Of a stretch of 64,000 nt of DNA, positions 47,118-61,342 are shown in pieces. Numbering within the stretch: position 1 is the first letter of the stretch; every line of letters begins with the position of its first letter. Made by a program: the position numbers and the translations under genes. Under the pieces are notes generated by a model. The model ran no database searches. It was given only the letters and a program-made list of their open reading frames with translations, and was not told where the DNA came from. The stretch lies in contig JBEUKZ010000054.1 in assembly GCA_048128005.1 (NCBI GenBank), positions 1,488,001-1,552,000 of the forward strand. Reading direction: 5' to 3'. The stretch comes from Veleropilina oligotropha (taxonomy: Eukaryota).

Positions 47118-47759
47118 GTGGGGAATCCGCTATCAACAACAGAACATACTCGCACAATATACATTACAAATTTACAGTTATGAAATACACAGAGGGAAAA
47201 AGTGTTATTTTGCAATGCGAACTTTTAAATTTTTAACAGAAATTGGTTGCTTGAAGCTTGTAACATTGAAAGACCGTAGTAAGTAAATGTCAACAAGTTA
47301 CTGTCATAATACAAACAAGGGAGAGCACTTTGAATACATCATTTGACTTGTATTTTTTTAGGTTATGTATATCGATTTTTTTTCAGAATTTAAGATTTAA
47401 TCACATACTTCTAAAGTTGGATTGAATAATATGCTACAGGTGCTACCTAGTGACGAGCACGCAGACTATGTATACGTCAGGGAAATATAGCAATGACATG
47501 TATTCCGTACCCTGCGATCACGGGCCTTTGTCGCATGCCAGAAAATCGTTCGATCAATGATGCTCCCGGTCGCCTGGTACTCATTAATAAGGGAGGGTAG
47601 ATAACTCGAGTGTGACACGTCCCGCTTCCAGACTCAATTTTCTTATTATTAATAAACTCTGAACCAAACCATTGCTTTCACGCTATGCGCAACATATTTA
47701 CCTGTAATCACCAACAATGACAACGACGAAAATCCATTACGTAACAAGAAAAGCGACAG

Positions 47760-48151
47760 TTATTCATTGTTTACCCAACTCTGTACGAACCGATGTCACA
47801 TTGACCCCCCGCAGTGCTGTCAAGACAGATGAGGAAAAATAAATCCTATGATCTCATTGGCTGCAGCCATTCTATATACATATCTTATTAGCTGGTCCTA
47901 TTACATATCAAACGTGCACTGTCCGATTTAAAGGGCAGCATCTTGTTTTATTATCTGCTACAATAGAAAGGTTAAAGAGAGTAAATCGGACAGTGCACGT
48001 TTGATATGTAATAGGACCAGCTAATAAGATATGTATATAGAATGGCTGCAGCCAATGAGATCGTAGGATTTAATTTTCCTCATCTGTTTGACAGCACTGT
48101 GGGGGGTCAATGTGACATCGGTTCGTACAGAGTTGGGTAAACAATGAATAA
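47760..48151. repeat. Long inverted repeat (foldback/MITE), ~170-bp arms, ~51-bp spacer
   Basis: 47760-47930 is a near-perfect reverse complement of 47982-48151. Confidence 0.92.
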
Positions 48152-49679
48152 AGGTAATATGGTAGCATTTTTGGACATAGAAATTTTGGTGAATTTTAAG
48201 TTTTTGGTTAAGTGAATATGAGTTGTTGATTTGAGATTTTGGCATATATATGCTTTGTTATTGGTTATATGGATGTCATCATATACTCTGGCAATGATAT
48301 TTAATAAAATTTAATTTAATTAATTAAAATATGGTAATCTTTTCGGACATAGAAATTTGATAAACTATGTAATAATTATATTCATGTTAGGTGAATTTCA
48401 CCTATGACAGGGTTTGCATGTAATTCAATGTCATTAAAGATATTGAAGTGGACTTCGGATTTTAATGTTTATTAGAACACTGCTGAAAGTGCTAAACATG
48501 GTTTTTATATGATAAAAACAAGCATTTATTACCAGCTAGCCCACTGTGTGCAATGAGCTCAGTCGTGGGTGCCGGCTGGCTCAATGGATATATCAGATAT
48601 TCTAGATTTTAAGTATAAATAGAAGTTTATGTGGACATTATTTGCACTTATTTGAATACATATACTTATCCTATCACCTTTGATATATCACTAGCTATTT
48701 TGGCGGTGATATTGCAATTTATATGGTTATATTTAATATTATTTGGTGTCTACGCGAGGACATTTTTGTGGCGTGCCACAACTTTATTCTAGTTTTTTAT
48801 TGGCACAAGTTCTATGTACACAAAGATATAGCCAGAGAAAGACAATAATAACGTACGTAATTAAATAGCATACCTAATGCACACAAATAGCTCATAAGTA
48901 CAGATCCCGTGTTACGAGATTAGCGAGTTGCGCATGCATAACTGGAAGACAAGAATAATTCTACTTCCTAATCGATACATCGATTTTTAATTCATCTTAT
49001 GTTGTAGAGTTATCTGCCCTTGTATTCGTTCTTTTGTTTTTTTCGTATACGTATTTATGTTAAGCTCGCACTGCGTGCTCGCTATAAATTAACACTTGCA
49101 GTAAGCCAACAATTAATGCAATCTTGGAATTGATGAATTCTTTATAAGGGTGTGGGTTTATAGTCTCATTCCTCATCGAGCTCACTTGACTTCGCAATTA
49201 CCTCCCCTGTTTATGTACGCCCTCTGAGAGCGTTACCGTCATTACATGCTGTGACTTCATAATTGCAAACCATGTACCCATTCATATCAGTGGGGTGCAT
49301 CCTTTTCCAAGTGCTGTTCATATCCAAATTGAAACAAGATAATTAGAGATTGCAAACCCTCACCCAGGTGACAAGAAACATAATGGTAAATTGCCAGAAA
49401 TCTCTACGACCAATAGTTTTCCCGCTATAGCATAAAAATAGAAAATTGAATGTAATGGCATTAGTAGGTATATGTTTTACTCTTGTAATAAGCAAGGTTG
49501 CTAACTATTTAACAACATGTGACATTGATCCAGCAGTCGTATTATATTGTGGTGTCGTCTTATGGTTGCGTAGTTTGTGCCATTTCTAATAAAACACCTG
49601 TTTGTCAACGAATAACTCTCTTATGTTTGAGACGGTTCAACCTATTTCAAAACTCCACCACCTTTTTATTTGCTAGGAC

Positions 49680-50022
49680 ATGGCAGCCATAGCTGAGCGA
49701 TCATCTAATGACCAGTTATATAAACGCCTCCGGCCGCATTCTGCCAGACCGTCTCATTTGTCGGAGGAGGAGAAGAACAAGCTGGAGTTTGATCTTCCAC
49801 AGAGACCTGAAAGTGCCCACCCAAAGCTGAGGTCGGACGTATCCGACAAGAAAGTTCTCCGCCATGCATTACAAAAGCCTCATTTCTCCGCCCCCAAGCC
49901 GTCTACTAGACCGGGAACACTCATCGAGGAAGAGTGTTCTGAAGGCATCGTCGACGCCTGGGTTCAGCAGGATATCCCTGATGTTGATGTTGACTTCCCT
50001 GTATTTCCTAAGACAGGCCTAG
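49680..50022 (+). CDS. LRRC74: LRRC74-like protein, coding exon 1
   Basis: ctag acceptor just before the ATG; GTAAG donor at 50023; phase 1 joins the next exon. Confidence 0.75.
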
Positions 50023-50283
50023 GTAAGAAGACTCGGCCATTTGTTGAATATATCGTGACCAGTATTTGCTACCTTGATTAAGCCAATATATAATAAATGT
50101 GTGTATTAGTTCTCTCTAACAAGGAAAATGATCTATATTTTCAATTTCGTTTGTGCTTTCCTGCAAAGATTTTTGTCTGGAATGAATGCATATAATAACA
50201 AATTGCACATATATATCATCATATTTTTATCATTGATATACCATAAAAGGTATAATTGTTTTGAATCATTGTTGATTTGAAAG

Positions 50284-50454
50284 GAAAACCACCAGTAACA
50301 AAGGAAGCATGGTCATCAATCCCTAAGACCGCCGATACAAAGGGGCCAGAGCCGGAGGGACAGCATAGAGTCGTGTCCATCGATTCATGGGTGTATGGGT
50401 CGCCTCACGACTCGGACGAATACGATACAGACCTCGAAGATGAGGTCAAAGAAG
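50284..50454 (+). CDS. LRRC74: LRRC74-like coding exon 2
   Basis: Contains SDEYDTDLE; aag/GT boundaries; phase 1-1. Confidence 0.85.
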
Positions 50455-50718
50455 GTAACGATTGCTCAGGCAGTGTACCACAACTGCGTTGTTCGTTGTA
50501 TAATGTGCCGTTAGAAAATTCATTAAATCATTGCAGATCTCGATTGACAATGTTACATCGAGGTGCATAGTTAGAGCCTTAAAGAGCCCAAACTATCTCA
50601 CTGGTTCACACCAGATCGATTCATCGAAGTAATTGGTGTTATCATTGTTTCATGGGTGACCATTGCAGACATTGTCTGTGGCTAGAATAAAAATTGTCTA
50701 AGCTGATAGAGACATTAA

Positions 50719-51151
50719 TAGTGGTGGGGCGATATCATCGATGCATCGATATATCGCCATTTATTGGTGACGATGATATATTGCGTTAGTGAATTAGAAT
50801 ATCGATACTTGACGATACAACCCTAAAACATGCAAATTGTTTGCTCACGTTGATTAGTAAATTATTATTATCGATACTTTTATAAAAGCGTGCTGATGTG
50901 TCATTTGTCATCGCGGCTTAAGAAGATAAACAAGCCAAATAGTGTTCACTCAGTAGGACTTGTAGCAGGCAGCAAGGGGAGACGAGCAATGCATATATTT
51001 ATGTAGCTCTTCCAGCGGAGAGAAAATTTGAAGTAGAACAATGGCGACACCAATGAGCACGTGTCACGATACAATCTCGCTATGTATCGTATTGGAAGGT
51101 GATATCGCGATACGTATCGTGATATGCTGATGCTGGCGATACCCAGCCCTA
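50719..51151. mobile_element. hAT-type MITE
   Basis: 8-bp TSD GACATTAA on both sides; termini TAGTGGTGGG / CCCAGCCCTA; CGATA subterminal repeats. Confidence 0.8.
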
Positions 51152-51530
51152 GACATTAATAATTAGGGAAAATTAAATTATAGATATGTACGTCTGATGC
51201 AATCTCAGATTTTACCATTTTTGCTATTGACAGTTCATTTTTTTCTGTATGGCATGCCCTCATACATATTTAGTACGGATTTTTCTTCTTTTGGTGCTTG
51301 CTATAGTGCCATAATTTTTCAGGGAAATCTGGAATTTGTGTCAGGGAAAATCAGGGAATTCTTCATTCAATTTTGTGTGCATGCAAAATCTCCAAGTTGC
51401 ATTAATGATATATACAGATTTCACTAACGTTTACTACAATACCAGACTACCTAGAAGTTTGTCGTATCAACTGTCAATTTAGAATATTCATAATCATCAT
51501 TTCTAATTTGTTTTGATACTGATTTTGTAG

Positions 51531-51599
51531 AACCGAAGTCAGAGGTGCAGTTTGATCCGACAGGAAATGTGGCGTATTTATACGAATGCAAGAAACAAG
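51531..51599 (+). CDS. LRRC74: LRRC74-like coding exon 3
   Basis: EPKSEVQFDPTGNVAYLYECKKQ; tag/GT boundaries; phase 1-1. Confidence 0.85.
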
Positions 51600-51879
51600 G
51601 TATAAATTCAATATAATTGTTAAGCATATATACTTCAAATAGTTCTATACATCTAGAGTGTGAAAGCTTTGTTCATAATTATGTAATGTACAAAACCTAT
51701 TCATGGACCTCGACAGCGGAGTGGTTGCATGTAGCATCAGGAGCTAGGGCTTCATGGCAGTGGCATATTCTAAGATAGAACAAGACCCTATATTATTCTG
51801 ATCAGATAGACTTTTTGTACTGTGGTCTTGATTATTCTATGACCGAATAATTCCGAAGAAAAACGACACCATCCATTCA

Positions 51880-52202
51880 CAGGGTTCTCCCCGGATTGAA
51901 ATTAAAAGGCGGGGGAATTATGTCTTGGAGTGGTTGCTTGTGTCCGCGCGCGCGTGCGTTTGTGTAGGTATTTATGTATGTATGTATGCATTTATATGTA
52001 GATATATATATATTGTATATATAGTAATTATTATGGCTTTTATGGGGTGAACATCTGGAATGGTGGTCATTTTTTTAAAAAGAAAGAAAATATATATTTT
52101 TTTTACAAGGTGTGGAAAGGTGGCTGGGAGGGGTCATAGGGTGGCAGGGAAGGGTCATAGGGTGGCGCACCCATCACCTTTTAGTGCCTGGGGAGAACCC
52201 TG
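51880..52202. mobile_element. MITE with CAGGGTTCTCCCC TIRs and 5-bp TSD
   Basis: CAGGGTTCTCCCC ... GGGGAGAACCCTG, with ATTCA on both sides. Confidence 0.8.
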
Positions 52203-52245
52203 ATTCATCTGTGCAATATTGAAGATTTCATGGATTATTTTGCAG

Positions 52246-52355
52246 GAGTGGTGCCCATATCATACTTGTCTCGCCACCTGGGCTCACGGACCATCAAGAT
52301 GCGACATCACTACCTCGGTATTCAAGGAACCAAGGCCGTCGCAGAGGCATTCAAG
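52246..52355 (+). CDS. LRRC74: LRRC74-like coding exon 4
   Basis: GVVPISYLSRHL...MRHHYLGIQGTKAVAEAFK resembles the LRRC74A GVVPVSYF...HHGLG..GTKAIA segment. Confidence 0.9.
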
Positions 52356-53771
52356 GTAGCGTCATGTTGCACGGCTTACTGCTTCTCCTCTGCTGGTTCA
52401 CCTCGCTCTCAGGATGGCTGTTGTTGCCTGGTCTGTCTGTTATAGTGCAACATTTAGTGCAAGGTTTTCGGTAACATTTTGTGCATACAAATATTGTTGC
52501 AGTAATGTTTGTATGATAGTATAAAGAAAATATTCAACTATTTTTATCTCAACTGGCTGTTGATAAGTTTATAAGTTGTCTGTAATTAATTGAACACAAA
52601 AATTTAGCAGATACAATTAGAGTTTATCAAAGTAAAATATGTATGTAATGTATATTAAGGTGGACATATGACCAGGAGATAACAGTTTATACAGTGCTCA
52701 GTGTGGAGTACATAATTAAGTTAATGTTACTGTAATGAAGAACGTATCTTAACTCTTTAGCATTTGATCTGCCCGAAACCGCCCGCTAAAATATGACATC
52801 ATTCTATTTAAACCGCCCGAACACACCTGCTATTTCAAATTTTGTTCTCAGGATACATAATACCTTTATTGAACCCCGGAATCGGCCCGGATGTTACGTT
52901 TGCGAGAGTTTAACGAGAGCCAGTATGTCGCCATTTGAAAATCCAGAAAACTCGCTGAAAAAATATCGTTTCAAGCATATTTTTTCTATTAAAAGTAATT
53001 TTTACCTGAGTGCGAATGCTGTACGTTTATCGAAATGGATATTAACGACTCCGAATCAGATTTGGATGGTACTTTAGTAGAAAATGTTATCGAAGCGATG
53101 GAAAATGCGACGGAGATATTAGGATGAACTTGACAGAGAATTTGACATCAGTGTTTTGAACTTAGACAGCGATGAAGGTAAATCGAATAGCGAAGCGACG
53201 TCAAAAGAAAATAGCCACGAGGATGACATTTTGACCAGGGTTTGACCTCCGAGTGGTCTCGCGGAAGTTTTACATGAATTTTTAACACTGCACTTGACAG
53301 TACGGCCTGGACCAACGCATACGTAATCAGTAGACGCAAAGTTGCTAAATTATTTTATCTTTTCTAACCAGAATCTTTTTGGAAAACAAATAGGTAGGCA
53401 AACGAAAGATCGACAATAGCGCAAATCCAAGATGACGGCCACTAACGGCAGGTGACGACTTGTTTTAAAATAAGAAATATGATAGATAGGCCTATTCAAC
53501 GAAATCTCCATGATAGGAATTCAAATGAACTCTCTTGTAGTTCCATGATTCTTTATCCAAAAAATTTAATAAGCATTATGTAACGATTATTTAACGATGA
53601 CGATTATGCTGTTATTGATAAGCTGTTTATTACCTGTAATATTTATTGTAATTATTAAATGTATAGGCCTAAGTATAATTTTTAGATTTCATTGGTATGC
53701 CAAATGGCCAATAAACACTTCCATTATATTTATTCATGCCAAATTATAAATGTTGCTGTTGTTCAGCTGTT

Positions 53772-55773
53772 TATTATGCCCCCGTCCGACTTTAGTCGGT
53801 CTAGGGGGCATCATGCTTTTGGTATGTCCATCCGTCCGTCCGTGACACATTAGATCTCATGGATGTTTATCCATGTTACTGAGAGGCCACTTCCCCCAAA
53901 CTTGACATATTAACAGATATACGATTAAACTATCATGAGTTTGAATATTGATTGAATATTTTAATTTTTTCAATGTTTTGGTCTCTGAAGTATAAATTAC
54001 ATATAAGAAAGTCACCTATTATTTTTGCTGATAACAAGTAACCACCGCTGTCAACTTTCTTACACTAACAGATATAAGTTTGAACTATCATGACTTCGAA
54101 TATTGAATGAAAATTTTATTTATTTCATGTTTTATTGGGCTTTTGGACTTAGCCTATGGAGCACAATTTATATACAATAAAGTCACCTATTATTTTTGAT
54201 GTTGATCTCAAACCACTTCCTTCAGCTTTTGTATACTAACAGATATAAGTTTGATCTATCACGAGTTCAAATATTGAATTAATTTTTTAATTATTTCCAT
54301 GTTTTATTGGGTTTTTGGACATAGCCTATGGAGCACAATTTATATACAAGAAAGTCACCTATTATTTTTGCTGTTGATCTCAAACCACTTCCTTCATCTT
54401 TTGTATACTAACAGATATAAGTTTGATCTATCATGAGTTCAAATATTGAACGAATGTTTTAATTATTTCCATGTTTTATTGGGTTTTTGGACATAGCCTA
54501 TGGAGCACAATTTATGTACAAGAAATTCACCTATTATTTTTGCTGTTGATCTCAAACCACTTCCTTCAGATTTTGTATACTAACAGATATAAGTTTGATC
54601 TATCACGAGTTCAAATATTGAACAATTTTTTTAATTATTTCGATGTTTTATTGGGTGTTTGGACATAGCCTATGGAGCACAATTTATTTCCAAGAAAGTC
54701 ACCTATTATTTTTGCTGTTGATCTCAAACCACTTCCTTCAGCTTTTGTATACTAACAGATATAAGTTTGATCTATCATGAGTTCAAATATTGAACGAATG
54801 TTTTAATTATTTCCATGTTTTATTGGGTTTTTGGACATAACCTATGGAGCACAATTTATATACAAGAAAGTCACCTATTATTTTTGCTGTTGATCTTAAA
54901 CCACTTCCTTCAGCTTTTGTTTACTAACAGATATAAGTTTGAACTGTCATGAGTTCGAATATTGAACAATTTTTTAAATTTATTCCATGTTTTATTGGGT
55001 TTTTGGACTTAGCCTATGGAGCATAATTTATATATAAGGAAGTCACTTATTTTTTGGAAGTTGATCTCAAACCACTTCCTTCTGCTTTTGTTTGCTAACA
55101 GATATAAGTTTGAACTGTCATGGGTCAAAGTCGCCTATTATTTTTGCTGATAATAAATAACCACCACCATCAATTTTTGTATACTAACAGATATATAAGT
55201 TTGAACTGTCATGAGTTCGAATATTGAACGAAAATATTAATTATTTCCATGTTTTATTGGGATTTTGGACTTCGCCTCTGGAGCATAAATTACATATAAT
55301 AAAGTCACATATTAATTTTGCTGCTAATAAACATCACCGTCCTTCAACTTTCATACAGTAACGGTTAAAAGTTTGAACTATCATGAGTTCGAATATTGAA
55401 CAATTTTTAAAATTTATTCCATGTTTTATTGGGTTTTTGGACTTTGTCTCAGGAGCATAATTAATATATTAGGAAGTCACTTATTTTTTTGGAAGTTGAT
55501 CTCAAACCACCTCCTTCTGCTTTTGTTTACTAACAGATATAAATTTGAACTGTCATGAGTTCGAATATTGAATGGAAATTTTAATTATTTCCATGTTTTA
55601 TTGGGTTTTTGGAATTCGCCACTGGATCATAAATTACATATAGATAAGAAAGTCACCATTAATAAGTACAGTTACATTTCTCCCTATTAGTCATGTAGAC
55701 AACCAAAATTCATATCACTTGGCAAGCTTATACCGGGGGCATTCCATGTTCCGGGGAACATATATTTCTAGTT
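53772..55773. mobile_element. Helentron-associated element (HINE) carrying about 10 tandem ~176-bp units
   Basis: Stem-loop ATGCCCCC...GGGGGCAT and GTCC microsatellite at one end, internal tandem array at about 53900-55660, GGGGGCAT...CTAGTT at the other end. Confidence 0.8.
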
Positions 55774-57168
55774 TGCTTTGAATTCACATAAAGGCACTGA
55801 GAGAATATCATATGCCTACCTGTATTACCAAATCCTGCAATTAAAAACTATGATACCCAGTTATTTTTTTTAATTTCATAACTAATATGTGTGCCATTAG
55901 AATCTCATGGATATTTGATAAAATACAATAACACAAGGACGTACATAATACTTTTATTTAATTTCTTCCTGAAATACCTGTAAATTCTGTTACTTACCTG
56001 GTATTACCTGACTTCGGACAATATATCTTTTGGAATTTGAGGTACATTTTGATGCAGCAACAACTTATAAACACTTTCCATTACATTTCCCCAAGCAAAA
56101 TTATAAATGATGCAGTTGTACTGTTGTTTATTTGCATTGAATTCACGTGCAGGAACTGTGTGAATATCATTTATCTTGATTTCGCCGTGAATTCTCTGTT
56201 CTGATTGGCTGACGTCATTTTGTTAGCTGGCCGTAAACGCCGCCTGGCCGTGGTTTATGGATTCATAACCAGCGGTGACGCCAATCCTCTGTTCTGATTG
56301 GCTAACTGGTTGTCAAGGGAAATAACTCGGCCTTACTGAAACTGTCGATTGATTTGCAAATGGCTGCCATCATCATAATAACAAACTTGTGTTATGAACC
56401 AAATCGGGACTCTGTTAATGAAGCCTCATGGTAAGAAATCAAGATAAATACGTTGTCGAACAACGTCTTGGTAAATAAGTAGGATTGAATACCTCATGCA
56501 TAACGTTAAACCACTCAGCGCTAATGCCTCGTGGTTTAACTTGATTCGATATTCAATCCACCGCGACGTCGTCCTACAACTTATAATGACTACCTGTATT
56601 ACCTGCAATAAATTACTATGATACCCAGTTATTTTTTCTCATTTCATAACTAATATGTGTGCCAATAGGATTTCATGGATATTTGATAAAATACAACAAC
56701 ACAAGAACTAATATAATACTTTTATTGTAAATTTCTTCCTTCTTCCTGAAATACCTGTAAATTCTGCTACTCACCTGTTATTACCTGGCTTTGGGCAAGA
56801 CATCTTTTGAAATATGAGGTACATTTTGATGCACCAATGACTTATGCTGAATGTGACAAAGTTTAATTAATCTATGACAGACAGTTTTCAAATTGTGGTG
56901 CAGAGAAGAAGTATGACCATTTTAGTCAATATTTTGGTTATTAAAGTCCCTATGACACCAACAATGGTATACAGTTTATAATTATACTCCATTATAAGCA
57001 TCAATATATCATTAGTGAAGTAAAAATATAATTCTAACAAATAATAAGGAAGTTATCGAGTTGCTAATGTCACGCCCCAAGATTGTCCGATTTCGTAATT
57101 CACTGCAAAGCACTGCATCGGAAGTGATGTCACGACAGTGACACCTTGCTGTGAGCACATAGAAAGAT

Positions 57169-57470
57169 ATGGCAGTCTGTGCCAGTAAACACACACGGAA
57201 AGATAGAATTTGTGTCGCTTTTATCTGCTCAAAACAACTGTGGACTTGGTAACACTGTTTCATTCCAGTTGTTGAAGATATACAAGCGTTGCGAAGCAAT
57301 AGAAAAAGTTAGTTATCCGAAGGCGAGCGGAGTGGAGAGCGACTAAGTGGTCCCTGCTGTGCTCGGACCACTTCGTAGAGGAAAGGTTTACTGAGTGTTA
57401 TATAAGGCGGAAAATATTAGACCTAATGTATCCGAGATGTTTACTCCCGAAACTATCCCTACAATATTTT
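57169..57470 (+). pseudogene. Degenerate THAP-domain coding remnant (transposon-derived)
   Basis: Fragments CVAFICS, RRAEWRATKWSLLCSDHF and TIPTIF, with frameshifts and stops. Confidence 0.6.
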
Positions 57471-60400
57471 AGCAAGCTATATCAACACACAGAGAGCTGA
57501 ATATTACCCGTGGTGTAGGCCTACATTTATAGTGGCAAAAAATACACACGCCCATTCCATGTTTCATAAAAAATATAAATTATATTGCTCATATTTGATG
57601 GCTAAATGATAAAAGCTCGTAAAAGGTAAAAATTAAGACACAGGACACAGAATTTTTTTGTTGCTTTCTTGCTGTTAGCTCGCGTTTAGATTTTTTTTAC
57701 GACGGGTGCGCTTTTTGACATCAGAATCTGACTTGTAGACCTATTTTAACTCGAATTTTAAAAGAAGAGTAGCATAAAGCGAAATACATTTTACATTAAT
57801 ATAAAGAGTTTTAAATAAGCACCTGACATAGGCCCAACGCGTTCATCATTAGCAACTAAAGTAATTTAGGCCTATTTTATTTTACTGTTAATAAACTCGC
57901 AGTTAAAAATAATATATATAGCCAAATACTAGTAAATAAATACGTAAGACATTACCACTAATAGTAAATTGTATTGGGTTTAATTAGTTGATTTATGTGG
58001 TTTGTATTGTATCAGATGATCGCTTATTGCAAAAGGCGAATATCGAACTTTTACGAGCACATAAATTAAATAGGCCTATATGGGTGAATAACACTTTTGG
58101 TAATATTTTACGTTTCATTTATCAAAATTTAAAATGTCTTATTTTTCGTCAAATTTTTATATTTTAATTACAACCAACATGTCTAGATTATGAAATGAAT
58201 AGAAACAGCGCTTAAATTATGAATATTTTGAAATGACAACATATTTTGTATAGGTAGTGAAATAACACTTGTCATTTTGACGTCATATACCTTAAAACTA
58301 AGACACAGTTTGAGCGCTACTGATGAACAAACGTACTAATTTAATTTAATTTTTGCTTATCTATTATGTAACAATCGAGGTATCTGAATATATTAATTTA
58401 ACTAGATTATACCAGTAATAAAATATAAACATTTTTACGGATCCAAAACCATTGCGACACAAAGTAAAATTAAATTTATTAACTGAATCCTTAAAGTGTG
58501 GTTTATGCCAAAGACACAACGCATAAATAAGTAGTATGTACTTTAATAATATTAATAATAAACATATAAAAGGTTTGGCATTTTGGGGACAGCACGGCAT
58601 ATAAACGGAAAATAATTAAGCTGAGTAAAAATAGAGGTGACCGAGTGTCACTAATTAATTGGTGGGCAGCGGGAGGTACCGCTCACTGGTTTAATTGAAA
58701 ATGGCCAAGTGGGCAGCGGGAGCCACCAGTCACTTGCTTAAAAAATGAGTACATAAAAGATAACTTAATTACACAGCGCCGAGTGGGCAGCGGGAGCTAC
58801 CAGTCACTGGGTGTGATTGTATTGCACGATACCGAGTTGTCGGCGGAAGCTACCTGTAAATAGTTGTGATGCAAAAGCTAAGTGGGCAGCGGGAGCTACC
58901 GGTCACTTGCTCAATGAGGAGATACATGCTATTGCACAGCACCGAGTGGGCAGCGGGAGCTACCGGTCACAGAATATACCAGTAATAAAATATAAACATT
59001 TTTACGGATCCAAAACCATTGCGACACAAAGTAAAATTAAATTTATTAACTGAATCCTTAAAGTGTGGTATATATGTGTGTAAGGGGTTGATATCAGTGA
59101 AAAATGTATGTAATGGTAACCGGCGTGACGCAAATATGATTTGTAGCATTTGCAGTGCATAATATTCCCATTTTTCTTAAGAAGTGCAAAGTATTGACTA
59201 AATATCACAACATCGTCACGATGACACCGCGATCGCGACGATGACACTGTTGTCATTTACTCAACAACTGCACAATTTATATGACAACACAACACCATTT
59301 ATTTAAATTCGTAACATTATAACACATTGTCAAACATCGGATTGTATAAACATATGATAATTATGTCATCAAATTACAAGAAAATTAATCGTCGTGATAA
59401 TGACAGATCAACAGTGTATTTCATTGTGCAGTAATTGTTTATTCAATACACTAGTTAATTATATTTTACTAGTCTTAAACAATAATAATACAGGGAAATG
59501 TATGCAATGGTGGTCGATGTAAAGCAAATATGACTTGCAATCTGAATGTACATATTCGATCCCTTTCTATGAATAATTAAGTACCACCACTTCTTCACGA
59601 TGACACCTCGGTTGCGACATGACATTGTTGACATTTAATCAACAATGTTCAGTTACACAAGATATATGGTAAAAACACCAATTATTAAACTTTTAAAACT
59701 TACGTTTTAACACTTTATCAAATAACACAATGTCATAACATCGGATTGTTGGAGCCCCGAGGACTACGTCATCAAATTACTAAAAAAATCGTCGTGATTA
59801 GCTAGTCGTTATAATTACAAACCATCAGTGTTTTCATTGTACAGTACATGTGTATTCAATAAACCAGTAACTAAATGTTAATTAATTTATACTTCAACAA
59901 CAATAATGAGATTTCATCTGAATTTAATTACTTTTCAAAATATGCTACTAGTAACCTTAAGAATGAAAAGTCATTATCGAGAATTTTTGTCATTATATTG
60001 ATATAATTTGTCGTCATTATAGCGATGTGATTCAAGCGTAAAACACGCCCCACACGAATAAACAATCTGGAGCTAAAGTTTATTGTCAAGGTATTTCGAA
60101 CTCGACAATGATCCAGAAGGCTTAAAAATGTAATAATCTCAAGCTATACTAGCAATACTGAGATAAAATTCGTCATTATCGCGAAAAATTGCATCATCCT
60201 TGCGATAAAATCTTGTACGCTATAATGACGATCGCTATAGTGACAATTAATGTGTTTATTGTCCTATGGCCGCTAAGGGAGGTAACTAAGTAATACCTTT
60301 TGCCATTATTCACAAGAAACCAATAAAACACACGGCATGAAAAGAGTGAAAATGTTATAATTATTTTATGTGACCAATATACTAACTGGCATTAAAATGA

Positions 60401-61234
60401 CAAGTAATTTTCATACGTTTTAAATATGTAACACTAACATTTTACAGGAATAATTAGGGATTTTTTTCTTTTAACATTTTGATGCGGAACTGAAATGGTG
60501 TTTTTTTTTATTGGCAAAGTTGTCTCCCGTGTCAATCTTCAGGCGTACATCGATATTTTATAACATGTTCGCTAGAATGACTGTCATTGGCGACGCATAT
60601 TATGTCCTAATTTTCTTTAAGAAAAGTTACTTTGATGTAATCAATGTAATCTTCGTACGTTTCTGATTGAGTTATATCCATTTCACTGGCCAGTGGTTCG
60701 AAGATACACGGAGCGATGCCGAAACTTGGCTGAGAACGTCTCTCGAGGATACTAGGCCTATTATCGGAACATGAATTTTTTAAATGTCGCCGTCATTTGA
60801 CGAAAAACTTGAAGAATAGCTTGATTAATCTCCACCTGATGAATTGTCAAAACAAAATTCTTTTATAATCGCCATGTTCTTTCTGTTTACTAAACTAAAT
60901 ATATAATGTCATGTGTAGTTCTCAGCTCGTGAAGCACTGTCGTGACGTCACAGCCCAGATGGTTGATTTCTGCGACAGTCGCAGAATTGTCTCGGCGGCT
61001 GGTGGCAGCTGGGCTATTAGGTGTCACTAATTGCACAATTCTAAATATGTCCATTTCGGTCACAGTATTTATATTATATAACTTACATTTATTAATACTG
61101 TATAAATACGAAATACATATAAACTTATATAGCATAAATCGGTGTCATGGCTCCTTTAATGTGAATACATAGGCTATATAAGCTGATTGGTAATGTAAAT
61201 TCTCAAGGGTTAAACAAATTTCTTGTTGTTTCAG

Positions 61235-61342
61235 AAAAACACGATAACGGAGTCCTTGGATCTCAGTGATAATTACATCGAGGCCGACGGCGCAAGACAT
61301 CTGGCTGCCATGATGAAGGAGAACACGTTCATATCCAAAATG
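61235..61342 (+). CDS. LRRC74: LRRC74-like coding exon 5
   Basis: KNTITESLDLSDNYIEADGARHLAAMMKENTFISKM, an RI-type LRR; cag/GT boundaries; phase 0-0. Confidence 0.92.

Noticed and set aside
58660..58970. CRISPR array
   Set aside because: Eukaryotic intron, irregular spacer lengths, spacers partly similar to one another (ATTGCACAGCACCG-like ends), no cas genes.
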